Shown in pieces: positions 14,102 to 26,510 of a stretch of DNA of 64,000 bases (position 1 is its first letter; the number at the start of each line of letters is the position of its first letter). A program made the translations under genes and the position numbers. The DNA is from Amoebidium appalachense (taxonomy: Eukaryota > Protista > Ichthyosporea): the NCBI GenBank assembly GCA_963693365.1, contig CAVNZM010000009.1, positions 5,090,245 through 5,154,244 of the forward strand, written 5' to 3'. Below the pieces are notes generated by a model. It was given only the letters and a program-made list of their open reading frames with translations, did not search any database and had not been told where the DNA came from.

Positions 14102-15131
14102 GTCATTTGCACACAAAAACACACGGCACTCACTTTACCTCTTCCTCCTCCTCCTCTCCCCCCCCCCCCCCCTCCCCCCCCCCTTGCCCCCGCTCTCACC
14201 ACCAAAACCAAACAACCACCGTCACCACCACCTTCCCACCTTCCCTCACCACATGTATTATAAGCCACTGGTGTCTTTCTTGGTGCCTTACTTCTTGTCT
14301 CTGCACATGCTTAGGCAAGCCTCTACTCCAACAACCCCCTGTTCCTGTCACAACTCTTGCTGTCTAATTGCCCCCCCCCCCCCCCCCCCCCCCCCCTCTC
14401 CCCCCTCCCCCCTTCCCCCCCTTGTTGGGCACCATGCTTTACTTGGTGACTCCTGAGGAGGAGCTCTACTTATAATGCATGCTCATTGTGCGTGCTTTTT
14501 GGCGCAAATTCTGCAATGTATTGTCCTTTGCGAATGTGTAATTTATACTCGGCAACGCATTGTGCCTCCCTCTTCCTCCCCCCCCCCCCCCCCCCCTCCC
14601 CCCCCCCCCCCCCCCTCCCCCTCCCCCCCCCCCTCCCCCCCCCCCCCCCCCCCCCCCCCGCCTCCCCCTCCCCACCCTAAAGCCTATGCCTCCTTCCTCT
14701 TCCCAACTTTGCTCCCAGCATACCTCAACCCTCCTTATCAACACCATTCTACAACCCCCTGATCTTCTCAGTTGAAAGTATTCATCCCTTCTCCCTCGTT
14801 ATCCCTCCCACTGGTACTTACCTCTATTTCAGTGCTTTCTGTGACCCGTCAGGTCTCCACTCATTCACACACGCAGCCTCTAGCTACATATCCCCCCCCC
14901 CCCCCCAAAAAAAAAAAAAATAAAAAAATAAAAAAATTAAAAAATAAAAAAATGAATAAAAAACCACCCACCCACTGACCTACACCCGCCCACCCACCCA
15001 CTATCAACCCCACCCACCCATTTCCTTATTTGGCTTGCCGAAGCATGCTCTTGGTTTGTTTGTTTACTCGTGAGCACACAGCCAGCACTCTACTGTTTCC
15101 CCCGGAAGGTGGGGGGGGGGGGGGGGGGGGA

Positions 15132-15167
<36 letters not shown>

Positions 15168-15255
15168 GGGGGGCACAGGGAGAAGAATGGAGAGAGGGGA
15201 GAGAGAAGCAGGAAAACCAAGGAAATCATATGCTACGTCCATAGCGACACCCACA

Positions 15256-15285
15256 TGACGTCATATTTCCTTCAATATGACGTCA
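15256..15285. promoter_or_regulatory. Paired CRE motifs (TGACGTCA) forming a 12-bp inverted repeat
   Basis: TGACGTCATATT-TCCTTC-AATATGACGTCA about 105 bp upstream of the probable MYND-gene ATG. Confidence 0.45.
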
Positions 15286-15390
15286 CACAGCAAATTCCTG
15301 TCGATTGAAGATCCTAAAACACTAACCTCATGTATGCTACACTCACAGGCAGAGGTGCTCAGTGTGTGTGTCCGTGTGCTCAAGTCTACC

Positions 15391-16490
15391 ATGGCCAAGT
15401 AGGGGGGTCCATGTGCATCCCTTTCATCTGCACCTCCGTCGGCGTGTTGGCACACTGCGGATACCCCCAGAAGGCGTCGCAGGTTGGCAAGGGCCGGTCC
15501 AGCCCCCCAGCAACACCACCGTAAAAACCCCCCTCTTCAGCAACAAGCATGTCAAGGTGTTGGCACATGGAACCCGCGAATGGATCGAGTACCTTGGGGA
15601 GCATGCAAACGGGGACTATTTCAGCAACAAACCAATCAGGTGCGGTTCCGTCAACGCTTCCGTGTTTGGCTCCCTCGAGACATTTACCGCTCTGCGGGGG
15701 AGCCTTTCACGCCACGGCTACTTCCCACAGCGCCACGAGTTCCTGTTTGAGATCCTCACCAAGTCGTTTGCCAGCCCGCCGTGCACGAGTTTGGAAGTCA
15801 AAGACGGGACATGCCGCCATCTCCAGGCCATGAATTTGGCGCATGACATGACTGCCCCACCCGATGTGGGCGTGGCCACAGTGCGCCAGTGGCTGACGGA
15901 AAACGAGGGGGCGGCGGCGTTTGCCAACTTCCTTTCCCGGGAACACGCCTGCTTGGCGGACTCGACGAGCTCAGACCGGCTCCGTCAGGTTCTGACATTG
16001 TTCGTGGTTTGCACCTTTGAAAACGGGAAATTTATAAAGGGTCCCTTCACGGACTCCCTCATGTCCAAGCCCCTCCTGAACCAGGTCATGCGCGAGTACT
16101 ACCGCATGCTTGAGACCGACGGGGGCTATCGAGAAAAGACATTGGCAGCACCGGTGAATGTCAGCATCTCTGTGTGCCGCTGCTTTTCCCGTTTCACGCC
16201 GTCTCTTTCAAGCTCCTGTCGCGTTGGGCCTACGACGCTGCAGGAATGAACTTCCTTGCCCGCATGTTGGCCGAATGGCCGCTTAGGACGCTGGGGGACC
16301 TCCTCTTCTTGCAAGGGCTTACCCTGGTATGGGTATCCCGTTGCGCATATGGCTTATGCTGTGTTTTATGGATGGTTCTTTTGCTGTTGTTTTAGAGGGT
16401 GTGTGTTTTGAGAAATTGTGCTTACTTTTGTCACACGAGGTTCGTGCAGGCATGTACATGCACACACTCACGCACACACACACACACACA

Positions 16491-16531
<41 letters not shown>

Positions 16532-16800
16532 CCCTCCCCCCCCTTCCCCCCGGCGCGGGCGAAGCCACCTTCTCCCACCGTCTTTTACTCTCTCCCCCAC
16601 CCTCTTTTCTTCTCCACCCCATCCAACTTTTTCCCTCCCCTGATCATCCTGATCATTCCCCCCCCCCCCCCCCCCTTCTCCCACCTTCTTTTACTCTCTC
16701 CCCCACCCTCTTTCTTCTCCACCCCATCCAACTTTTTCCCTCCCCTGATCACTCCCCCCCCCCCCCCCCTCTCCCCCCACCGCCGCCCCTTCCCCCCCCC

Positions 16801-16831
<31 letters not shown>

Positions 16832-18027
16832 CTGATCCCCCTTCCCTACTCCCCCTCTCGCCCCCCTTCCCTAACCTACATACACAACCCACCCGCACCT
16901 CTGCTTGCTGTCGTCTCAGCACCAACCACGACCAAACACACAACACGAAGAATGTAAATTGACGCAAGGAGCATATATTCTGCCCCATCCCCCCCCCCCC
17001 CCCCCCTCCCCCCCCCCCCCCCCCCCCCCCTTCTTTTTCCCCAATTTTTTAGAGCCATCCCCCCTCCCCCCCCCCCCCCCCCCCTCCCTCCCTCCCCCCT
17101 CCCCTCCCTCCCCAAAAAAAACACGTATGTCCGTGTTTCAACACCAGGCCCTCCTCTCTCCTTTCTCAGACATGTTGTTCCCACACTTGTACAGATGTCA
17201 TGTGCAAACACATACACCCACACACCTGCCTTGTAAACCCATCCACCGGCCCTTGCCCCTGCCCCTTGCCACTTCACCTTACCCACTTCCTCCCCCCCCC
17301 CCCCCCTCCCCCTCTCCTTGGCCGCTCCTCCCTCTCACTTTCCCACCCTCGCGCACACTCTTTTCTTCGTTTTGCTTTTGTGCTACGTAAATAACGCTTG
17401 ACGCTTTTGCATGCAGATCACATGCAGCTTGGCACCTTCATCAGACATTCTGTTCGGGGGGGTGCAAGGGGGAAGTAAGCATGATCAGATAGCCCGCATC
17501 CTGCCCCTCAAAACGGTTATTCGTCTCCTCTCCATGCTCTACACTGTCTGGGAGGGAGACACCCTTCCCCCTTGCTGCTACGGGCATATGGGAGGATGGG
17601 CCCTAGGGGGCCTCTGTTCCGCCACTACCGTCAGCCTGTTATTGTCCGTCATGATGAATCTTGCCTTCCAGCCGGCAACCTACGCCCAAGAGCTCATGAA
17701 GGTGATTGCATGCCCCTTGCTGTGCTCACTGATTGTGTGCTCGGCTCTTTGTGCTCACTGATTGGGTGTTCGGCTCTTTGTGCTCACTGATTGGGTGCTC
17801 GTCTCTTTGTGCTCAATGATTGGGTGCTCGGCTCTTTGTGCTCACTGATTGTGTGCTCGTCTCTTTGTGCTCACTGATTGGGTGCTCGTCTCTTTGTGCT
17901 CACTGATTGGGTGCTCGGCTCTTCGTGCTCACTGATTGGCCGCTTGCTTTTTGTGCTCTGATTGGGTTCTTGCCATCTCTCTCTCTCTCTCTCTCTCCCT
18001 CCCCCCCCCCCCCCCCCCTCTCGCTCT

Positions 18028-18066
<39 letters not shown>

Positions 18067-18320
18067 CCTCTCTCTCTCTCCCCCCCCCCCCCCCTCTCTC
18101 TTTCTCACTTCCTCTCTCTCTCTCTCTCTCTCTCTGCCCCCCCCCCCCCCCCCCCCCCCCCACTCTCTCTCTCCCCCTCTCTCTCCCTCTCCCTTTCCCC
18201 TCTTCCTCCCCCTCTCCCTGTCCGCCTATCCTTCCCCCCCCCCCCCTCCCCCCCCCCCCCTCCCCCCCCCCCCTCTGTTCTCTCACTCCCCCTCCCCCCT
18301 TCTGTCTCCCCTCCCTCCCT

Positions 18321-18354
<34 letters not shown>

Positions 18355-19066
18355 CCCCTCCTTTTTTTCTTCTATCCCCCTCTCTTGGTGTCTGCTTGCG
18401 TGTGGGTCTGTGTGTGTGTGCATGTGCACACACCTGCATGTGCACGGAAGTCATATGGGTGTGCGCACCGCCTTAAAGCATACAAGAGAAATGACATTTT
18501 TACCTTCGGCACGGTTAAACAGACTGTAGCAGCTAGCATACACCTATGGTCTGCCGTAGCTGACACCATTTTTCTTCTTTTTTTTTTTTGCCCCCTTCCT
18601 TTTCTTTTTCGTGGTGTATAGGCCAGGGTTTCTCGTGCATGTGGCCAGAGCGGCGTGCCGGTTGAGTTGCAGGATGAAGGCCCTGGATGCCTCCGAATTA
18701 ACCAGGACGATCACGAACTCAGCAAGCTCAAGCGGCAGGTCTCTGCAGCAGTAATTGCAGTTACGGGGGTTGCTCTGGGCTACTTCACGATTGGATGGTG
18801 TGGGTTTATGGTGTTGGTGCCAAACATGGACAGGACGAAAGAGAACGTGAAGAAGGAGGGTGCGGGGACTGGACTGTCGGACAGTTTGATGTACGGCATC
18901 GGGGAGAAGGCGGTTGATTGGATGGTGGATTATATCGACGCATGGTTGACTGACCCGGCAAACCCGGCAGAGGGAGTGGAAGATGTACTTGTGTCCCTGC
19001 CTGCCTGCCTGCCTGCCTGCCTGGCTGCCTGCGTGCTTGTGTGCGTGCGTGCGTGCACGTGTCTGT

Positions 19067-19126
<60 letters not shown>

Positions 19127-19128
19127 CT

Positions 19129-19181
<53 letters not shown>

Positions 19182-19557
19182 TTTGAGCATGTTGGTTGAA
19201 CCCGCCCATGTCGCAGTCAAAATGATGCTTTGCTCTATTGCCATTACCGCATTTTTGGGTTTCAGGCAAACCACGGCCGGTTTGGACAACCACGGAATGC
19301 GATTTTGATAAAACCTATAATGCAGGGTCTTTGTTAAAAGGGGAAACTTTTAACCGTCGAGTGTTCAAGACGGGTAGACACACCATTTGTGGCTTGTATA
19401 AGGATATCATCGTAGACTCTATCCAACCACGGTGCCTGTGTGCTCCACATGTTCAAAATAGTGCATATTCACGGTGCCCGGGCATGTTCTTGTTTGATTC
19501 CTTATCACTCTTTTGGAACACACCACCTGGTAGCACACGTGGTAGACCTTTTCAGCA

Positions 19558-19655
<98 letters not shown>

Positions 19656-20388
19656 CAAACAAAAAAACATGGACATCAATGCAACATTCTCGTATGCTAA
19701 CGTGTTAACTGCCACCCAGGTGCAACCTTTCTACCGCGACCTTTCCGATCGGAGGGACATGTGAATGTCCAGCCGCAGAGCAAAGGTGTGTTGTGTGCCC
19801 TGCCTGCCTGCCTGCATGCACACTATCTGGACTATCCGTCGACTTTTTCGTGCTTTCTAATAAAAGACTCTGGTATGACAGCGCTATACATACTAGGGGC
19901 ACAGAACCCCCCTCCCCCCCCCCCCCCCAAAAAAAAAGGGGGGGGGGGGAGGGGGGATTTGTTTGGGTCGGGGAGGGGGGGGGGGGGGGGGAGGTTATGC
20001 TGTATGTGGGTAGGGGATGTTGGCATGAGGCCTTGCGTGCTTGGAGAAGGAGGCCGCGGTTTGTTTTGTTTGCAGCGTTTATGATGATTACCACGGATGG
20101 GCAGGCAGGCAAGAGGGGGGGGGGGGGGGGGGGGGGAGGGGGGAGGGGGGGGGGGGGGGGGGGGGGGGGGGATCGAGCAGGTTATGGCAAACACGGGGGC
20201 AGGTGCAGGAATACTACGAGCAGCACCCCGAGAGGCTCCCAAGTGCCCGGCGCTGTGCAAACTGCGGCAAAGGGGGCAAAGGTCTGGGCAGACTGCCGCG
20301 ATGCAGCGGATGCCAGGTGGCGGCCTACTGCAGCAGGGAGTGCCAAGCCGCCCACTGGAAGACCCACAGGACACAGTGCAAGCAGTGA
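15391..20388 (+). CDS. Multi-exon protein with a C-terminal MYND-type zinc finger (two apparent indels in exon 1)
   Basis: Phase-compatible exons ~15391-16326, 17417-17701, 18622-18984, 19720-19760, 20076-20108 (GC donor AG|GCAAG), 20181-20388; last exon encodes CANC..CSGCQVAAYCSRECQAAHWKTHRTQC (zf-MYND). Frame breaks near 15397 and 16171-16176; start codon uncertain. Confidence 0.75.
16568..16751. repeat. Local ~78-bp direct duplication within an intron
   Basis: CCTTCTCCCACC.TCTTTTACTCTCTCCCCCACCCTC...CCCCTGATCA occurs twice, separated by a C tract. Confidence 0.8.
17721..17965. repeat. Intronic 29-bp minisatellite, ~8 copies
   Basis: Unit GTGCTCACTGATTGGGTGCTCGGCTCTTT starts ~20 nt after the exon-2 donor. 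Confidence 0.9.
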
Positions 20389-21092
20389 GTGGGGTCGGTT
20401 AGTTCGGTGCAAGCAGTGAGTTGGGTCGGTTGTCAGTGCAAGCAGTGAGTTGGGTCGGTTGTCAGTGCAAGCAGTGAGTTGGGTCGGTTGGTTCGGTGCA
20501 AGCAGTGCGTTGGGTCGGTTGGTTCGGTGCAAGCAGTGAGTTGGGTCGGTTGTCAGTGCAAGCAGTGAGTTGGGTCGGTTGTCAGTGCAAGCAGTGAGTG
20601 GGGTCGGTTGGTCAGTGCAAGCAGTGAGTTGGATCGGTTGGTTCCAATGCATGAAGTCGATAAGGTCGATTGGTTTAGTGCAAGCAGTGATTTGGGTCGG
20701 TTGGTTCGGTGCAAGCAGTGAGTTGGGATGGTTGGTTCGGTGCAAGCAGTGATTTGGGTCGGTTGATTCGGTGCAAGCAGTGAGTTGGGTCGGTTGATTT
20801 CGATGCATGAAGTCGATAAGGTCGATTGGTTTAGTGCAAGCAGTGATTTGGGTTGGTTGGTTAGTGCAAGCAGTGGGTGGGGTCGGTTGGTTCGGTGCAG
20901 GCAGTGAGTTGGGTCGGATGGTTCGGTGCAGGCAGTGAGTTGGGTCGGTTGGTTCGGTGCAGGCAGTGAGTTTGGTCGGTTGGTGTGGTGCAAGCGGTGA
21001 GTTGGATCGGTTGGTTTGGTGCAAGCAGTGAGTTGGATCGGTTGGTTTGGTGCAAGCAGTGAGTTGAATCGGTTGGTTAGTGCAAGCAGTGA
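20374..21092. repeat. 29-31-bp minisatellite, >20 copies, beginning in the MYND gene's last codons
   Basis: Unit GTGCAAGCAGTGAGTTGGGTCGGTTG(GTTCG/TCA); a variant unit TGCATGAAGTCGATAAGGTCGATTGG occurs twice. Confidence 0.95.
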
Positions 21093-22459
21093 CTGGGTTT
21101 TTTAAGTAGTGAGTTGGTGAGTGGGCTTTAAAAAGTGTGAATGGGTGTTGCATGCAGTGAGTGAGTTTTGCAAGCGGTGAGTGAGTTTTGTAAGCTTTGG
21201 TATTTTGGTACCGTAAGAGCTTGATTGTTAGACTGCTTGCAGGACACATTAATGGGAGATCGAGTTGTGGTTCCCGATATGATTGTTCGCAAATGCAACT
21301 TTTTTCAGGCCGTCTTTCCCCGTTTGCCTCCCCATTTCGTTTTCCTTGCTCCCTACCAAATTGATTAGTAAGTATTCGTGCAGTTTCCCGCAGAATCTTT
21401 TTGGTTCCCTTTCCCTACAGGTTTTTTCAGTTTTATTTCGTTTTCCTATCAGGTATTTTTAGTTTCATTATCGGAGTGGGGCTTTTATTTCTAATCTTTT
21501 CTGGAAGTTGCTTCGAGTTCTTTTACCGCACGACGTGTTCTCTGCACGTTGTATAAGGTTTTCTTTTCTGATAGGTTCCTTTTTAGCCCTTTCATCTATC
21601 AATTGTTTGTTTGTTTGTTTGTTTGTGACTACGATTATTGTTGTTTGTTGGATCTCCTGCGAAAGTAATTTTTTTGCCCCCTGCTGTTTGCCGAGACTTT
21701 TTTGCGCTGTTGGTTGCAGCATTACACGTAACAAAGATCTGCAGTGCCACCCCCTCACTGGTTATTCTTGTGTTTAATGTTTATGCATTACCCGGGCAGC
21801 AAAAACAAAGCAACCCCGTCATGGCCAACTGTCTTACATTGGCCATTACTATCTTCGTATGTCAATCATGTGTACAGTAAGTGTGCTTTTCCTACCACCA
21901 CACATCCTTATCTTGCTGACATATAGCATATCGTATATGCTCGATTCCTGTTTTTGCCATGCCAACCCACAACAGGAATTCCGTAACCCCTGCTAATCAG
22001 TCGCAAACCTATAGAGCCCACGAAGACTTGTCCCTTCCTCTTCCTATGCTGATAAGTGACATCGATTTGCGTAGTTATTACAGACATGACCGTTTTACGA
22101 CGCTTTGGTTTTTTGGTTTTTTGTCAACACAAATTCCATACTACCGGTAGCTCCATGTTGTGTGCCTACATAACTTCAATTATAGCATCTTCTTGACTGT
22201 GTTCCTAAGTGTGTGACTAGCACGTGTTCTTTTGTCGAGGGTGTGTGTGGTTGTGTCAAGTTGTGGTGTGTAAGTAAAGATGGTGGTGACGGTGGTGGTG
22301 TGCGTGTTTGTGTGTTTGGGGGAGGGGGAGTGGGTTTTCTATTTTTCCATCATTCATCAACGTTTGCACGTTTATTGCTTCGTGTTATCTTATTTGTTTG
22401 GTTTTTTTGGGTCATTTTATTCAGTTTGTTTTGTTTTGTTTTGTTTTTTTTGGGTCGTG

Positions 22460-22512
<53 letters not shown>

Positions 22513-24152
22513 GGTGGTGTGCGTGTGTGTGTGCGTGGGTCGCCGGGGGGGAGGGGTTGTTGTTATTAGTGGTGATTCGAAACTATGTAACCAAGGTGTG
22601 CAGGGAGGTTATTCCCCCCCCCCCCCCCACCCTCTCCCCCCCAACCCCAATCCAACTCAACCGGTACCCAAGGCAATCCACACACACACTCCACCCAATC
22701 CGGGCCCCCTCTCCCTCCCTTCCTTCCTCCCCCCTCCCCCCCTCCCCCTTCCCCCCCCCCCCCCCCCCCCCCCCCCCCTTCTCCCCCTGCCATTCACCAC
22801 GGTGACTATGTCTGCCCACCCACTGCACCGATTGCCCCCCCCCCCCCCCCTCCCCCCCCCCCCCCCCCCCCGCGCCCTCCTTCTCCTGGCCAACCCACAC
22901 ACACTCCACCCCACCCGGGCCTCAAATCTTCCACCCCTCCCCCGTTGCCATCCACCCCATATGTATGAGCTCTGAGTTGGGTGGTTTTTGTAAGCTGTTG
23001 ATCGATGGTACCCTAAGATACGAATGAGGAGACATGAAAGTGCCTTTGGGACTCTGGAGTCTCCCTTGGCCATGCTCACATATCATGTCTTCTAACTGAC
23101 ATCAATTGATTGCAATACCTGGCTACTTGGTATAGGTGTTGACACCATATACGCTCGAATCCGATGTGCCCTTGGCAGCGTCTCACATACACCATACGTA
23201 CACAAGTGCATGCATATGTATCATACCCGTGTATTACATCTCTTTTGTAACACGGTCGGCATACATACTGTACAGCGTTGCAGTATGATGCATGATAAGC
23301 TCACACATGCCTTCACGACCCACCCCCTTCTTAAACATGCTGGCCCAACCCTCAAGCTTGTGCAAACACCGCCGTACACGTGTGTGGTGCCATGGGGCGG
23401 GCGGGTGGTGGTGCACCGGGGGGGGGGGGGGGGGGGGGGATGGGGAATGTGCCATTAGCCCGAGAGCTCGCCATGCATGTGTAGGGGGTTTCTTGTCACT
23501 GATTGCATGGGTGTGAGTGTTTGGGGGGGGGGGGGGGAGGGTGGTGGGGGGGGGAGAGGGGGGGGGGGAGGGAGGGGAGTACGAAGGACAGTCACGACGA
23601 ACAACAAAAAGCAGATGGCGTAGCACACACAAGAGTATGGATGATCATTTTAGTAGAGCCTATCGTCAGGAGAGGGGTGTGGAGGAGGGGGGTTTCTGTC
23701 GTATTCCAAAACACAAAAGGTTAGGGTAGATGGGACATGAGTCAAGAGGGGGGGAGGGGGGGTTATAATGTTATTGTAGTACGCCGTAACACACGAGTTG
23801 GGATACACATTGAAAGTAACCGTTGGGCTTTATGTAAAGGAGATTGGAACAGACCAAGTGACTCGACCTACGCCAGGTAGTGGCCGTCACTCTTCGTCAT
23901 TCAATTTAAAAACAGGTAAAATTAAGTCATTTAAAGGCCAATCAGAACTAGCCGAATGTGGCTTCTCTTATTATTGAAGCTCTTATTTCTATACCTCCGT
24001 GCATACTATACTTTTATGCACATTATGTTTAGAAAATCAATATCCACATAAGGCACACACTAGAAGCACCCACGTAAGAAATGCAGTACACACTAACCGG
24101 GGCACTATTCCCATATCACATCGAATCCCACATTTTCACTATCGACGCGATT

Positions 24153-25776
24153 TTACAACTTGCTGAGCAGGTTGAAAGCAACAAGGTGAGCACCGCGCTC
24201 TCCCACGTCATCGACCTTAGCCACATAGATGGGGCACGCCTTGATGGCGGGGGAAACACGGCCCTTATCGAACATAGTCTCGACGAACTTCTTATTCTCG
24301 ACAATCCACGACAGATTCTTAGCGGCAATACCACCAGTGATGTAGAAACCACCGTTGGGGAGCCACTTGAGCATGGCGTTACCGCACTCTGACGCATATG
24401 CCGTGAAGAAAATCTCCATCGCCTGCCGGCAGAGCTCGTCGTTTTCCGAGTTCTTGGCTACCTCGCCACCCTTGAGAGAGCCTGCAGCTTGAATCTGTAA
24501 ATCGAGCTCCTACGGTGGGAGAAAACCAAAGGGTCAGTATGTGGTAGGTTGAAGATACGGGTGAGAAGGGTGAGCCCCCTCTGGGGAGGGGGGGGGGGGG
24601 GGGGGGAGTTAAAGGGTGTGTGTGGTTGTATGACCACAGGTGGTTAATGTAGGTAAAATAGGGCAATTCTGGGATAAAGGGAAGTGAAACTGAGCGGGGA
24701 GTTGGCTTAGTGGTTCCTTGGGGTTAAGGGGAGGGGGGGCGATGAGAAGCAAACAGCAGCTGGCACCAAGTGTGCAAGTGTGTGTGTGTGTGTGTGTACG
24801 TGTGTGTTTGGGGGCGGGGAGGGGGTGGGGGGGGGGGGGGGGGGGCGCTAGCGCACAAGTGAGCAAGAGAGCACGCATCATACCCGACTAGGGCTAGGGA
24901 GCCTCAGAGGGAGGGGGGGGGGGGGGGGGGGAGGGGAGGGGGAGGGACTGCCAAAGAATTGGTGTAAAGCAACAAGGAGAAAAAGCGACTAGGAATGGAG
25001 CAAGTGGGAGTCTACAATTCAATATAGGCAGGCAGTGAGGATGAGGGGAGAGAACACCAACCTTGTTGACCTTGTCCGGGTGGCGGTTGGACAGGAAGTC
25101 GTAGATGGTAGCAATGCCGGGGCCGCTAATCACGCGCTCAACCGACACACGGTGCTTTTGCGCAAACCGCTTGCGCATGTAACCGAGAAGCTCGTACTCA
25201 AGGTCGTCGCGGGGGGCGAAATCGGTGTGCCCACCCTCAGTAGCCCAGCACACATAGTCTTCTGCGGCGGGATCCTTCGACAGGAAACATTCACCAAGAC
25301 CGGTACCAGCACCGATGGTGGCAACAACACCACCCTCCACGGGGGGGGACATCGTTCAGAACGGCACATTCGTCGTTGCGGAGAGTGAGCAGGCCATAAC
25401 CCATGGCAGTGAAGTCATTCACGAGGAGCACACGGGCAATGTTCAGGTCCTTCTCAAGACGCTTACCGTCAATGAACCAACCGGATGCGATGTTTGTGAA
25501 GTTAACCGTGTTGTCGAGAATGGGGCCTGCACAGGCGAGGCAGGCTACCTTTGGCCTTTCGGTGATACCGGCCTCCTTCATTGCCTCCTCAACGAACAGT
25601 TTCATGACTGAAACGAAGTCGAAATGTTGTTCATTCAGGTACTTTTTGTCGAACTTCAGAGTGCCCGGGGCGCACTCGCCACGCTTGGGCTTCTTAGCGC
25701 CCTGTGGGATCTCCCACAAAGCAAGGCGGGTGTTTGTGCCACCGCAGTCACCAACGATAACGTATGTGGAAGCCAT
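24153..25776 (-). CDS. glk: Glucokinase, bacterial Glk-type family; 2 exons
   Basis: Motifs GDCGGTNTRL, LVNDFTAMGYG, IGAGTGLGE, TEGGHTDF, VSVERVISGPG, GGFYITGGIAAK, DKGR; exons 25776-25062 and 24509-24153 joined in phase 0 by a GT-AG intron; one extra base in the G8 run at 25341-25348. Confidence 0.93.
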
Positions 25777-25889
25777 TTTGCTAGTGTTGTGTTGTCAGCT
25801 GAAACTGAAAAAACTGCCGGGAGAAAACTGGCGAGCGTTTGCAAGTCTTGGCACTTCTACAAAACTGGCAATCATGAGCCAGAAAGCGG

Positions 25890-25897
25890 TTTATATA
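25890..25897 (-). promoter_or_regulatory. Putative TATA box of glucokinase
   Basis: TATATAAA on the minus strand ~115 bp upstream of the ATG. Confidence 0.4.
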
Positions 25898-26120
25898 CTG
25901 ATTGCTGGGGAACGCAGGGCTAAGCGAAGCAACGAGGAATGTTAAAGAATATTCGGGTCCATTCTTTTCTTTGCATCTATTCGTATGAACATGTTTTGAT
26001 TCACTATAAGAATTAAGAGTATAATATGATTCCATTACTGCTTTACTTTTCTTTTTCACTTTTGGAGGTACATATATGCCCATATTTGAGCCACTTTTTC
26101 TGACACTTCATCGATGAAAC

Positions 26121-26510
26121 GATTTGATTGGAAAGCTCCCAAGGCCAATCAAATCAACCTAGAGCCAAAAAGCGTGCGCTCATTGGATGGTAAAGGAGAT
26201 GGGGGTTCCAAACTGCCCCACACTAGCAAACATTTACAGGCCACATGAGCTTTAAGAACTGCATATTTTTTCGCATTTGAAGTTTGCTCCTTATTTTTCT
26301 TTAACTAAACAGATCTGTTCTAGAAGAACGTCGGTTGTTTCAAAGAAGCCACGGGTTAACCGTTAACCCACAAAACCGAGGTTTTAGTCTTCTTTCTTTG
26401 TCCATATTTAGAAGTAGCTACAACCAATCAGCAAAACTTCGTAGAAGTTCGTACCATTTTTGGATAAAGTCTACAAAGTGCGGATCTGATTGGCTACGAC
26501 TTGTCCAATC
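26121..26510. promoter_or_regulatory. Cluster of CCAAT boxes upstream of glucokinase
   Basis: About six CCAAT/ATTGG motifs in a microsatellite-free zone, including the inverted pair GATTTGATTGG...CCAATCAAATC at 26121-26155. Confidence 0.35.

Noticed and set aside
16154-16164. 11-nt GT...AG micro-intron that would repair the MYND-gene frame
   Set aside because: Shorter than known spliceosomal introns; a 2-nt TG slippage at 16171-16176 explains the shift more simply
20374-21092. CRISPR-like array
   Set aside because: Units are contiguous with no unique spacers, no cas genes are present and the context is eukaryotic; it is a minisatellite
20182-21249. 355-aa minus-strand repeat protein
   Set aside because: Antisense translation of the minisatellite and the MYND exon
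22960-23190. Possible integrase remnant (GHIGFERI; LGYHRSTAY..HP) on the minus strand
   Set aside because: Only two short motif resemblances in different frames, with no DDE core or LTRs
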